A stretch of DNA of 64,000 bases from Candidatus Saccharibacteria bacterium RIFCSPHIGHO2_12_FULL_47_16b (GCA_001790525.1 MGCU01000023.1:5659-69658), one strand, 5' to 3'; counted from the first letter of the stretch, positions 20,679-30,035 are shown. The notes: generated by a model from the letters alone, not told the origin. Translations and numbers: made by a program.

Positions 20679-20878
20679 CGCATACTCCGCACCGCCGCCC
20701 TGCCAGCCAGCCGAGCCGGCTGCACCGGCGGCTCTTGGCGCATTACGGCGTCAGAGCCTGCGGTACTCCTTCGCGCCGTATGTTCATATACAGCGAAGTA
20801 AAGGTCCTCGACTCTTCCTTGTACTGCATCCAAGTGCGAAGATGCGGTAATCGGTTCACACAGTCTGAAGATGAACAT
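20675..20878 (-). other. Bridge ORF built from the class II repeat (dcd to tmk), 67 aa
   Basis: ATG 1 nt after dcd TAA; TGA overlaps tmk GTG; contains repeat copy 20732-20833. Confidence 0.6.
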
Positions 20879-20879
20879 T

Positions 20880-21605
20880 TTAGAGCGCTTTCAGGCCTTT
20901 GATTTTGGGCGGTTTGGTGCGCGAATCTTTATAGGCTTTAGGTAGCATTTGTTCCGGTGTCCATTCTCTTATAAGTTTGTCAAGGTTGGTCCCCGATTGA
21001 TACTTACCGGAAAAGCCGCTGTGGCGACCTCTGCCATAATTTCCCTCAACTGGTCCGGTTTCGTGAAAGACAGCCTGAGCGATTCGTTCGCCAACCGGTA
21101 GCAAAACGATATCTTTTTGATTTAAATTGTAAATCTCCATTGTGAGGCGGTTGATATAGCCCGGATCAACCCAGCCAGCATCAAAGACTGCCGCTATACC
21201 ATTGCGCCCCCAGCTAGAGCGCGACTTAACCTCATAGGCCCCCGGGGGCAATATACCGAAAAATTCATGGGTATGGGCCAGTATCCTCTCGCCGGGCTTC
21301 AGCGGGATTACCGGGTGATTTGGCGGAATGCCGGCCAGCAGACTGACGCCATTTTGTTTGCACCACTCGGCGTGTTTGACAGCCGTGAACGGTCCTTCGA
21401 AATACCGCGCGACGTCGGCTTTATCAAAAGGGTTGTAAACACGCTTATCGCCGACTTTTTCGGTCCGGTAATAGTAGTGTCCAAGAGTTACGTCCAGGCT
21501 GGCATGCGAGACGTGCTTTTGGTTGAATGGCTGGCAAATTATATGGCCCTCGGCAATTGCCTGTCTAATCTGTAGGTTACTGAAAACTCCCATAGGTTCC
21601 TTCAA
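20880..21605 (-). CDS. dcd: dCTP deaminase
   Basis: SLDVTL, SRSSWGR, AGWVDPGY, RIAQ. Confidence 0.88.
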   Translation of the reverse strand: MKEPMGVFSNLQIRQAIAEGHIICQPFNQKHVSHASLDVTLGHYYYRTEKVGDKRVYNPFDKADVARYFEGPFTAVKHAEWCKQNGVSLLAGIPPNHPVIPLKPGERILAHTHEFFGILPPGAYEVKSRSSWGRNGIAAVFDAGWVDPGYINRLTMEIYNLNQKDIVLLPVGERIAQAVFHETGPVEGNYGRGRHSGFSGKYQSGTNLDKLIREWTPEQMLPKAYKDSRTKPPKIKGLKAL

Positions 21606-21659
21606 ATATTAGTTTATAACTTAGAGCTGTTGCCAAGCAAGAAAACGGCTGTTGTAGTA

Positions 21660-22187
21660 TTAGCGTTTGACTGCTTTTACTCTGATGGGGCGCTTTTGAC
21701 CTTTATATTTTTCGACCCGATTATTTATAAGCTCAAATTTAACACCAGCTGTCTTAAAGATGGCTTTAGTTCGCTGGCCGGCATGGTAGTCGTTAAGTGC
21801 TACCACTCGCTCAATGCCGGCGTTGATTATCATCTTAGCGCAGGCGTAACAAGGCGTCATTTTGCAATAAAGTGTGCCACCCTCCAAGGCAATCCCTAGG
21901 CGGGCGGCATGAGCAATGGCGTTTTGCTCGGCGTGAGCGGTCCGTACGCAATGCTTTGAAATAGTGCCATCGGCATTTAGAGCTTCCATAAGCTCATGGC
22001 CGTCTTTGTCGCAGTGTGGAGTGCCGGCTGGAGAACCGACATAGCCGGTAGCCAGTATCCGCTTATCACGAGCAATAACACAGCCTGACTGTCCTCTTTC
22101 GCAGGTGGCTCGTTTAGCCACGGCTGCCATAATTTCTAAAAAATATTCGTCCCAGCTTGGTCGGGCCACAGCTATCTCTTTCGTCAT
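21660..22187 (-). CDS. dCMP deaminase (ComEB family)
   Basis: RPSWDEYF, HAEQNA, PCYAC. Confidence 0.92.
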   Translation of the reverse strand: MTKEIAVARPSWDEYFLEIMAAVAKRATCERGQSGCVIARDKRILATGYVGSPAGTPHCDKDGHELMEALNADGTISKHCVRTAHAEQNAIAHAARLGIALEGGTLYCKMTPCYACAKMIINAGIERVVALNDYHAGQRTKAIFKTAGVKFELINNRVEKYKGQKRPIRVKAVKR

Positions 22188-22208
22188 TAGTATATCTAAG
22201 CCTTGCTA

Positions 22209-23183
22209 TTAGCTCAAAGCCAGTCTGATTGACGGGCCCATGCTGGTTGTTAGGTAAACTGAGCTTATGTACGCACCTTTTACGGAGGCCGGCTTGGCGG
22301 CCTTGAGGCTTTTTATAACCGCCTCGGCGTTAGCCACTAGTTTGTCTTTACCAAAACTAACTTTGCCGATCGCCAAGTGGACAATTCCGGCTTGATCGAC
22401 TCGATATTCAACCTTGCCGGCTTTGGCGGCTTTGACCCCAGCCGTAATATCGGTGGTAATGGTGCCGCTTTTCGGATTTGGCATTAGGCCTTTCGGGCCG
22501 AGTAACTTAGCGTACTTGCCAAGCTGCGGCATCATAGCTGGTGTTGTTAACAGGATGTCAAAAGCAATTTCCGACTTATCTAGTTTGGCTAGCAGATCGT
22601 CACTACCAGCCATGTCGGCGCCAGCGGCCTTGGCTTTTTTTATGTCAGTCTCATCGGCAAAGACTGCCACTCGGACTGTTTTGCCAGAACCAGCTGGTAA
22701 ATTAACAACATCACGAACGTTCTGATCGGCCAGTTTAGGATCAACATTAAGATTAAAATGCATCTCGACCGAGGCGTCGAACTTAACCGGGCTAGTCTTA
22801 ATCGCCAATTCTACCGCTTCAGCCAATTCGTAAACTCTACCTTTTTCAACCAACTTAGCAACATCACGGAACTTTTTACCGGCTCGTTCTAATTTTGAAC
22901 GCGGTGGTTTTTGCTTGGGTTTTGGTTTGGCTTCGGCCTCGCCAGCAACTACCTTAGCTTTACGGGCTTGTTTGGCTTCTAAATCTTCAGCTTCCTTTGC
23001 GGCCTTAGCGCTTCGCTTCCCCGCCTTAGCAACGGATGTTTTAGCATCCGTAGTCTCTAGTCTCGAGTCATTAGTCTCCTGTTCTGCTTTCTTTGCATCA
23101 TCTTTTTTATTTTTACTAGAGACTGATGACTGTCGACTGGTGACTTTTCTTTTGGGTTTAACACCAGTTTTCTTATCTACCAT
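22209..23183 (-). CDS. rplA: 50S ribosomal protein L1 with ~95-aa N-terminal extension
   Basis: KFDASVE, LGPKGLMPNPK, TSMGP. Confidence 0.96.
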   Translation of the reverse strand: MVDKKTGVKPKRKVTSRQSSVSSKNKKDDAKKAEQETNDSRLETTDAKTSVAKAGKRSAKAAKEAEDLEAKQARKAKVVAGEAEAKPKPKQKPPRSKLERAGKKFRDVAKLVEKGRVYELAEAVELAIKTSPVKFDASVEMHFNLNVDPKLADQNVRDVVNLPAGSGKTVRVAVFADETDIKKAKAAGADMAGSDDLLAKLDKSEIAFDILLTTPAMMPQLGKYAKLLGPKGLMPNPKSGTITTDITAGVKAAKAGKVEYRVDQAGIVHLAIGKVSFGKDKLVANAEAVIKSLKAAKPASVKGAYISSVYLTTSMGPSIRLALS

Positions 23184-23185
23184 TT

Positions 23186-23611
23186 TTACTCAATCTCCAC
23201 GCCCATACTTCGGGCGGTGCCGGCCACCATTTTTTTAACGGCTTCAATATCATCTGTATTCATATCATCAGCCTTAGCTTGGGCAATTTCGGTCAGCTGC
23301 GATTGGCTTAATTTTTTCTCGAGTTTGGTTTTATTTGGCTCACCAGAGCCCTTGTCTTCTTTAAGGGCTTTAAGTATCAGTTCGTCTGTTGGTGTGCCAA
23401 CCACTTGCCAAGTCATAGTTCGGTCATCATAAATCGTAATGTGGACTGTCAGATTTTGCCCCATCCGGTCCTTGGTTTGTTCGTTAAACGGATTGACAAA
23501 GTCCATCATGTTAACGCCGTATTGGCCCAAGGTTGAACCGACCGGCGGTCCAGCGTTTGCTTGTCCGCCCGGAATTTTCATTTTTAGATTAGACGCTACT
23601 TTCTTAGCCAT
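23186..23611 (-). CDS. rplK: 50S ribosomal protein L11
   Basis: GPPVG..LGQ, GTARSMG. Confidence 0.96.
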   Translation of the reverse strand: MAKKVASNLKMKIPGGQANAGPPVGSTLGQYGVNMMDFVNPFNEQTKDRMGQNLTVHITIYDDRTMTWQVVGTPTDELILKALKEDKGSGEPNKTKLEKKLSQSQLTEIAQAKADDMNTDDIEAVKKMVAGTARSMGVEIE

Positions 23612-23735
23612 CAGTGTCGCTCCTTTCAGTCGCTTCCAAGCTCGAAGTTCTAAACACTAGGGTTTGAAATTTAGAATTTAGAATTTGAAATTTGTTTATG
23701 ATTTCGGGTTTAGTATTCAGGGTTTTCATCTTCAC
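23604..23735 (-). other. Bridge mini-ORF 5 (nusG to rplK), 41-43 aa
   Basis: (MK)MKTLNTKPEIINKFQ...LEATERSDTDG*; GTG overlaps nusG TGA; TAA lies inside the rplK start. Confidence 0.75.
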
Positions 23736-24274
23736 ACTCGCTTTACCTGCAGGCCATCGAGCTCAACCGGCGTTTCCCGGCCGAACATATTAACTAGTAC
23801 CTTAAGTTTACCTTTCTGGGCGTCAATTTCATTGATAGCACCGTCAAAGCCTTTAAAAGGCCCGTCAATGATGTTAACCACTTCGCCAACTTGGAAATCA
23901 AACTTATGCTTAGGTTCTTCCCGGCCCATCCGCTTCATGATTTTTTCAATTTCATCTTCACCTAGAGGCGTCGGTTCAGTGCCGGTTCCAACAAAACCGG
24001 TAACGTTTGGTGTGTTGCGAACAATGTACCAAGCATCTTCGGATAGCTTCATCTCAACCAGGACATAACCTTGAAAGATGCGCTTTTCGACAACCTTTCG
24101 CTTACCGTTTTTAATCTCAATCATTTTCTCTTTTGGTACTAACACTTGGAAAATCTTATCGCCCATATCAAGCGATTCGGCCCGCTGGCGAATGCTCTCC
24201 GCCACCTTTTCTTCGTATCCAGAATAAGTGTGGATAGCATACCATTGCTTACTTGAATCGTATCGTTTATTCAC
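23732..24274 (-). CDS. nusG: Transcription factor NusG
   Basis: WYAIHTYSGYE, KOW GPFKGF, FGRETPVE. Confidence 0.97.
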   Translation of the reverse strand: MNKRYDSSKQWYAIHTYSGYEEKVAESIRQRAESLDMGDKIFQVLVPKEKMIEIKNGKRKVVEKRIFQGYVLVEMKLSEDAWYIVRNTPNVTGFVGTGTEPTPLGEDEIEKIMKRMGREEPKHKFDFQVGEVVNIIDGPFKGFDGAINEIDAQKGKLKVLVNMFGRETPVELDGLQVKRV

Positions 24275-24372
24275 AAGACTCTCCTTTTAGCCGCAGAAAC
24301 TAGAAAATAGGAACTAGGAAGTAGTATTACTAATTCCTGATTGCTGATTTCTAATTGCTTGATCTGAATCAT
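24271..24372 (-). other. Bridge mini-ORF 6 (secE to nusG), 33 aa
   Basis: MIQIKQLEISNQELVILLPSSYFLVSAAKRRVL*; ATGA and GTGA overlaps. Confidence 0.78.
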
Positions 24373-24716
24373 TTTAGGATTACTCGTTTAAAAAATTCAT
24401 CGATGCCTTTGTCGACACCTGCCGCCAAGCCGCCAAAAATGATCGCAAAAATAAAAACCGCCAGTGTCAGTCGCCAAGTTTCTCGTCGCGATGGCCACGT
24501 CACTTGCCGGACTTCGCGCCAGGCATTGATAAAATAGCGCGGTAAAATCCAGCTTAAAACTTTTTTGAAAGGCATAAAGATAAAACCGAACAATCTAAAA
24601 AGCGGCTTTAAAAAACTTAGTCTTGACGGCTTGACAGCCTGAACCGGTTGAGCTTGCGACTCAACAATTTCCCGCGTTGGCGGTGCTTTACGAATTCTCG
24701 GCTTTCGATCAGCCAC
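24369..24716 (-). CDS. secE: Preprotein translocase SecE
   Basis: EVRQVTWPSRRET followed by a TM helix. Confidence 0.92.
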   Translation of the reverse strand: MADRKPRIRKAPPTREIVESQAQPVQAVKPSRLSFLKPLFRLFGFIFMPFKKVLSWILPRYFINAWREVRQVTWPSRRETWRLTLAVFIFAIIFGGLAAGVDKGIDEFFKRVILK

Positions 24717-24827
24717 TCGTCTCTCCTTTACCGCAAAAAATCCTTAGATATTTTATATGAGCAATAAAATAACCTACCTTAAATGGTAGGCCTTCACTGT
24801 CAATAGTACCAAAAATTGTTGCTTTGT

Positions 24828-25538
24828 TCAATAGTTGCTAATGGGTCTCAAGGCTGGCCCGATGCGTCGAAGTTGCTTACGAAAAGCTTGTGTATTTGGT
24901 TCCAAACTCTCCATTAACTGCCAAAAATTGGGGTTGTGACTCATATGTTTAGTGTGGGCCAGTTCATGCAGGATTACATAATCCATTAGTTCGTCTGGCA
25001 GTTGCACCAAGAAAAGACTAAGTGAAATGTTGCCACTGGCTGAACAACTACCCCACCGGGATGTCATTTTACGGATTCTTAATTTATTGAATTTTAAGTT
25101 GGTAATTTTAGATAATCTATCAACACGATTTGGCAGGATGTCGTGAGCCTGCATTTTGAGACTGGCTTCTGCTGCCAGCTGCAGTTTTTTTTGCAGTTCC
25201 CTTGAATTCCAAGCCAAGACTGAAGTGACTATTATTTGATTAGCTTCAACCTTTATAACCGTCCGACCGGCTTCTCGTTGCTCAAATTTGACTTTAGCTA
25301 ACCGACCGATCCTGTCGCCCGGTTTGATGACAACAGTTTTGACCTTACTTTTTTGTCGCATAATCCAATCCGAGTGTTTAACAGCAAACCGCTCGGCAGT
25401 TCTAAACGACGTCCAGCGAGGTAGGTTTACTCTTATAGTACCGTTGGCTAAAACGGAAATCCGAATGTTACGCATACCAGTGCGTTTTGCTAGCAGGACT
25501 GGCCCAATCTCAGCTATTTCTATTTCTTTTTTAGGCAT
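24828..25538 (-). CDS. YgjP/SprT-like zinc metalloprotease
   Basis: RWGSCS, YVILHELAH..H. Confidence 0.88.
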   Translation of the reverse strand: MPKKEIEIAEIGPVLLAKRTGMRNIRISVLANGTIRVNLPRWTSFRTAERFAVKHSDWIMRQKSKVKTVVIKPGDRIGRLAKVKFEQREAGRTVIKVEANQIIVTSVLAWNSRELQKKLQLAAEASLKMQAHDILPNRVDRLSKITNLKFNKLRIRKMTSRWGSCSASGNISLSLFLVQLPDELMDYVILHELAHTKHMSHNPNFWQLMESLEPNTQAFRKQLRRIGPALRPISNY

Positions 25539-25542
25539 TAAG

Positions 25543-26202
25543 CTAAGTGATTGATATGTTGCGTCGGCTTAGGTCAACCCGCCCGGCAGCTGGATTCGGT
25601 ACTAGATTAACTAGTCCCGGCTTGGCGATATTTTGCTGGACAACAGTAGAAGCCACCAATCCCGTTTGATAGAGTCGATTTATCAGAGTACTTTTTTGAG
25701 TAACAAAAGCGTGTTTGCCGGAAATAACTAAGTATTCTTCGTCTTTAGGGTTTTGCATATTGGCAACTGCTTGTTCAAACGACTGCTTGGAATGCGGTTG
25801 GGCATATTTATCATCATAGGTTCGCTTGTCGCGACGTTGAGTCCGCTCGTAAGCACTGTCAGTATCAATTTGAAGCCAGACCAGCAAATAGGCAGCTCTA
25901 TGCTTAAGGGCTAATTGACGCAAGCGAGATCTTTGACCGGCTCGTTGGACATTGATGTCATAGATAACACTCACCCCAGCAGTCAAGAGGGACTCAGCTA
26001 AGTAGTTCATTAGGTGTAAAATTACGGCGTTTTCCTGACTATCAAAACGAGGGTTTCTAAATAACTCACCACGGATCCGGTCGGCATCTAAATGTGCTAA
26101 CTGAATGTGCTCACATAAGTTGCGAGCCAGAAAAGTTTTTCCAGAGCCAGAAAAACCGTATAAACAAATCAGAATAGGTTTGTTCAGCAAAATCTTTGTC
26201 AT
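25543..26202 (-). CDS. P-loop kinase (AAA_33-like)
   Basis: GFSGSGKT, DRIR. Confidence 0.75.
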   Translation of the reverse strand: MTKILLNKPILICLYGFSGSGKTFLARNLCEHIQLAHLDADRIRGELFRNPRFDSQENAVILHLMNYLAESLLTAGVSVIYDINVQRAGQRSRLRQLALKHRAAYLLVWLQIDTDSAYERTQRRDKRTYDDKYAQPHSKQSFEQAVANMQNPKDEEYLVISGKHAFVTQKSTLINRLYQTGLVASTVVQQNIAKPGLVNLVPNPAAGRVDLSRRNISIT

Positions 26203-26245
26203 CTCTTTGATACTAACATCGGTAACGGAGAAGATAAAGCTCTAA

Positions 26246-26316
26246 TGGTCCTTCAACTAGGCTTAGCATCATTCATATCACAGAAGGTTTATCATGAGCG
26301 AGCGGAGCGAGTCGAA
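26246..26316. repeat. REP-like CTTCGAC..GCTCA / TGAGC..GTCGAA repeat next to tRNA-Trp
   Basis: CTTCAACTAGGCTTAG...TGAGCGAGCGGAGCGAGTCGAA; relatives near 29750, 29840 and 59009. Confidence 0.5.
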
Positions 26317-26393
26317 TGGCAGGGGTGGAGGGACTTGAACCCCCTACCTTCGGTTTTGGAGACCGACGCTCTAGCCAGATGAGCTACACCCCT
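26317..26393 (-). tRNA. tRNA-Trp(CCA)
   Basis: Cloverleaf; TCGGT-CTCCAAA-ACCGA; CCA end. Confidence 0.95.
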
Positions 26394-26536
26394 TCGCAAT
26401 GGCTACATTATATCTGAATTTGTGTTTTGGGGCCCCCATTGTGCGGATTGTGTGCAATGGGGTTAAGCGTAAGGACGTGTGGATGCTGAAAGTAATTGAA
26501 GAAATACAATTACGAAAGCTGAAGTCGCAGCTTAAG

Positions 26537-26740
26537 CTAGCGGCGGACTGGAACGACATTGCGGCCAAGGTTCTTTTTGGTTTCGGTTTGTTTAGTTCGA
26601 ACTCGTTTAACCGGACAATATTTTATTAGCGCGATTTTGTCGGGTACGTTCATAGTGTTTTTGGTCGTATAGTAATGTCGACCGCCGCAGGCCTTACAAA
26701 CCAAACCAACAATTTTCCGCTTTTCACTCTTCTTGGCCAT
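26537..26740 (-). CDS. rpmG: 50S ribosomal protein L33
   Basis: LVCKAC..HYYTTKN..KYCP. Confidence 0.9.
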   Translation of the reverse strand: MAKKSEKRKIVGLVCKACGGRHYYTTKNTMNVPDKIALIKYCPVKRVRTKQTETKKNLGRNVVPVRR

Positions 26741-26782
26741 ATCCCAAAGATATTACCAAATAACAGATGTAAAAACAACCTC

Positions 26783-26856
26783 TGGAGCCGTGAACGAGAA
26801 TCGAACTCGTGTTTACGCCTTACCATGGCGTCGCTCTGCCACTGAGCTATCACGGC
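26783..26856 (-). tRNA. tRNA-Thr(GGT)
   Basis: Cloverleaf; ACGCC-ATGGTAA-GGCGT; CCA end. Confidence 0.92.
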
Positions 26857-26868
26857 ATGCAAGCAGGA

Positions 26869-27930
26869 TTATTTTATCAAACCTAGCAAACTGATGGTTT
26901 TTTCAATAGTTGCTATGGCGTCTAAAATGCTCTCGGCTCGGATGTTTTTGGCACCTGCGGCCTGTTTATGCCCTCCTCCACCTAATTTAGCGGCAATCTG
27001 TGAAACATCAACTCCGCCACTAACTGACCTAAAAGAAGCCGAATATGAAATTGGCTCGCTTAAAAGCTCTGGATAAACTACAAATCCCCAAAAATTGTTA
27101 TCTAGATTTCGAAGATATTGGTTAGTAAAAATATCACAGCCGGCTTTGAGGTCCATATCCGGTTTGACATCCGATTGCCAGTCTTTGGCAAATTGATCGT
27201 CAATAAAGCTGTAGGTATAGCCTTTACCGTTATCGGTTGCATTTTCAAGTAGGTGGGCTAAGACAACCAGCTCATCTTTAGTAAATCGGTTTAATCGAAA
27301 TTCGAGTTGTTCAATGCTGGCTCCGGCCTCAATTAACTGGCTAACGATTCGGAAGGTGTTTTTATAATCCGGATTATCGTATTTAAAGCGGCTGGTGTCT
27401 CTTAAAATCCCAAGCAGGGCCGTCTTGGCATAACCTTCAGGCTTTTGGAAGTCTAACTGCTCGAAGCAAAGTTCATAAATTTGTTGAGCCGTAGACGATT
27501 TGCCTTCGTTGATATAAATGTCGCCCTGGAAAGAACCGTCATCAGGATGATGATCGATAACAGCTACTTTTGACTTCAAATGCTCGTGAATTAACTTAGA
27601 AAGTTCGTCGGTTTTATTTCTAGAGACTCGGGCTAGTGAATTTCCATCGACGATAACAACTAAATCTGGCTTAAAATCGGAAGCGGCTTCAAAGACCGGT
27701 GCAAATTTAATTTCGCTATAACCACCCAAAAAACTTAGATCTTGAGAGGTATTTTCTTCAAGCACCATTTGGATTTGCTTATCCGGAAAATTTGCCTGCA
27801 ACGTCCTACCCATCAACAAGACCGAACAAACCGCATCCGGATCCGGCGATATATGTGAAGTTACCAAAATTCGGTTAGCTGCCTTAACTAAACTTTGAAA
27901 TTGTTGAGTCAAAATGGCCCCTGCCACCAA
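26869..27930 (-). CDS. Second DHH/DHHA1 phosphoesterase
   Basis: HISPDPD, DHH, DT, GGGGH. Confidence 0.88.
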   Translation of the reverse strand: MVAGAILTQQFQSLVKAANRILVTSHISPDPDAVCSVLLMGRTLQANFPDKQIQMVLEENTSQDLSFLGGYSEIKFAPVFEAASDFKPDLVVIVDGNSLARVSRNKTDELSKLIHEHLKSKVAVIDHHPDDGSFQGDIYINEGKSSTAQQIYELCFEQLDFQKPEGYAKTALLGILRDTSRFKYDNPDYKNTFRIVSQLIEAGASIEQLEFRLNRFTKDELVVLAHLLENATDNGKGYTYSFIDDQFAKDWQSDVKPDMDLKAGCDIFTNQYLRNLDNNFWGFVVYPELLSEPISYSASFRSVSGGVDVSQIAAKLGGGGHKQAAGAKNIRAESILDAIATIEKTISLLGLIK

Positions 27931-28130
27931 TCACTAAACACGTAATCAGTAACCTTAATACTCTTGTACTTCACTATTAGGATGCTAAAAGTTACGAATA
28001 AAGAACCAGGTATTATCATAATAACTCCAATTAGTTTTCCGCTCGCAAATCCCATGTAAATAACTCCGAAACCAATAAGAGCAAGGATTATCGCAAAACA
28101 ATACAGTCCATAAAGTTTTAACTTTTTCAT
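27909..28130 (-). CDS. Small 2-TM hypothetical protein
   Basis: 73-aa hydrophobic ORF; ATG 4 nt after TAGAAT. Confidence 0.55.
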   Translation of the reverse strand: MKKLKLYGLYCFAIILALIGFGVIYMGFASGKLIGVIMIIPGSLFVTFSILIVKYKSIKVTDYVFSDWWQGPF

Positions 28131-28228
28131 ACAGATTCTATGGTGCAGCGTAGTTGCCGAAGCTAGGACGCTGTTCCTTGTTTAACTTTGGTAATTCCTC
28201 TGTCCCCGCTATTAAGGTGACGTACTTG

Positions 28229-28501
28229 TTATGAACCTGTTCCTTCTGCGGAATAACGCAGTTTGTTTTCTATGTTCCACTTGTTTACCCACGCACCCGA
28301 TTCGAGCATTGCGCTTGTTGCCAAAAGACCCAACACTACGGCTGTGTGATATCGCCCATCAACTGTAATTTCGGCAACACCGACACCCACAAAGGCTGCA
28401 ACCGCCAAACCATGAAATGTATCTTTGGCAAAGCGACACGCCTCGACATAGCTTGAATCACTATTCGTAAGTAAATCTAAACCTCTTCTAATATAGCCCA
28501 T
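28229..28501 (-). CDS. Hypothetical membrane protein
   Basis: 90-aa ORF; ATG 6 nt after TGCTATAAT. Confidence 0.6.
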   Translation of the reverse strand: MGYIRRGLDLLTNSDSSYVEACRFAKDTFHGLAVAAFVGVGVAEITVDGRYHTAVVLGLLATSAMLESGAWVNKWNIENKLRYSAEGTGS

Positions 28502-28627
28502 AGCTCAATTATAGCAGTCGTAGATTTTCCAAAAAAGTATGGAGTAGGTTCTAACGTTCACAATGCTCTAATCTGTGGTGCAGCGTAATAAACGATGCTA
28601 GAACCATTTTAACCCAGCATCAGTCGT

Positions 28628-29260
28628 TTAGTCCGTGTAATAATCTTCGCCATAGACAATATCCGGCCTAATTTTACCTAACGCTACTGTATCGGGCAGA
28701 AGTTTCTCTAATTCATTCAGTGGTTCTTCTGATGGAAGTTCACCAACTAACGGATGAACATATCCTAGCGTAATATCTGGAGTATAGACACCATGAGGAA
28801 CTTCCACGCCAAGTTCTCTGGCAAGATTCTCTAAATACACTGCCCGTTCTGCATCAAGGATACTTTCTTCATCGTCTAGTATAACTCGAATTTTGTACTG
28901 ATTCTGATACCTCTGCCCATGAGGAACCTTAGTGTATTGAACAGCTTCAAGTGGAAATTCTAACCTCTCTTTTGCATTAACGGCCGGTGGGTTCATAACG
29001 CGAGATAGGGCGACTGATGGGGGGAGAAAAAGAAAATCTACATCGTCTAGCTCTGCCAAAATATCTCTCGTTTCATAGTGACTCACAAGCCCAAGAGTAG
29101 GGGCTATCGCTCTCTTACCGATTAATTTGTATTCAGGGTAGTTACTGTTAAATTTTAGGCGTTCGGTCTCTCCTAATACTCCTGCGATCTGCCTTCTCTG
29201 AACACGTAAACTATATATCAATTCACTTTGGTCCGGACTTGAGTGTTGCTCGCTCGTCAT
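28628..29260 (-). CDS. Hypothetical protein, possibly degenerate 2H-phosphoesterase fold
   Basis: 210-aa ORF; YTPDITLG resembles PHITL; ATG after TAGAAT. Confidence 0.6.
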   Translation of the reverse strand: MTSEQHSSPDQSELIYSLRVQRRQIAGVLGETERLKFNSNYPEYKLIGKRAIAPTLGLVSHYETRDILAELDDVDFLFLPPSVALSRVMNPPAVNAKERLEFPLEAVQYTKVPHGQRYQNQYKIRVILDDEESILDAERAVYLENLARELGVEVPHGVYTPDITLGYVHPLVGELPSEEPLNELEKLLPDTVALGKIRPDIVYGEDYYTD

Positions 29261-29353
29261 AGTTATTCTAATAGTTCTAACATACCGATTGCTCTAATCT
29301 GTGGTGCAGCGTAGTTGCCGACCTGTCCTCCGAGACCTTGGTGAAGGGGGAAG

Positions 29354-29680
29354 CTAGGACAATCTTAAATCTGGGTCAGTTGGGCTAATTAACTCGTTAT
29401 GTTCATGGACTCTGATTTCGTAAGCCTTTCTGCCCTCAAGTGCAGTAGAGTACCAACTTGCAGCTTCGGGTTCTCCTGCCTCTATCCAATAGTCACGATT
29501 CGCAGCGGCATTACGCTTCGCGGTTTCCATGACATCTTGAGGAAACGTACCTGAAGCAACGATATTTACGATGTTTGCACTCCCTTGCCGAGCGATGGCA
29601 ATTGGGCTAAGAGGGTCTTCAGCTGGTGGTCTTACTGATTTAAATGCTTCTCTCGTATTTACTCCTAATGAATTACTATT
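29354..29680 (-). CDS. Hypothetical ORF, start uncertain (first ATG at 29530)
   Basis: About 108 stop-free codons ending at the TAG inside the repeat. Confidence 0.4.
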   Translation of the reverse strand, partial: NSNSLGVNTREAFKSVRPPAEDPLSPIAIARQGSANIVNIVASGTFPQDVMETAKRNAAANRDYWIEAGEPEAASWYSTALEGRKAYEIRVHEHNELISPTDPDLRLS

Positions 29681-30035
29681 TTATACTTTTACAGTAGAAA
29701 TGCAAATAAAAAAGTTCTAACGTCCCGAATGCTCTTATCTTATGATGGTCCCTCGACAAGCTCGGGGTTATTCGACTCGGCGTAAATGGTTTACTGCGAG
29801 CGAGGCAGGAGTATTTCTGCCGAGTTGAGTGGTGCTGGTCTTCGACGTGGCTCAGGCTAAAGGGGAGGGATTCTGACCTTGCCAGCAAATCAAATTTAGA
29901 TTTGCTAAGGCAACCCCGATTTGTCACAGCCCCAAGTCGGGGCTCTGGGCGGGGTATGCCACCGGCATACCCGTTCTCATCCCTCCACAAAAACAAGCGA
30001 CTTATTAATGAGCACAAGGCTCATTGCCAAGTCGC

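Larger units (their letters stand above)
28139..29750. repeat. Four partial copies of a direct repeat separating orphan genes
   Basis: GTTCTAAC-N6-A(A/T)TGCTCT(A/T)ATCT at 28548, 29274, 29714; TGGTGCAGCGTA...GCTAG at 28141, 28576, 29302. Confidence 0.75.

Noticed and set aside
26317-26393. Alternative genetic code (UGA reassigned)
   Set aside because: TGA terminates many conserved genes at expected positions and tRNA-Trp has a CCA anticodon.
28139-29750. CRISPR array
   Set aside because: Spacing is 400-750 bp and gene-sized, repeats are degenerate, and no cas genes are present.
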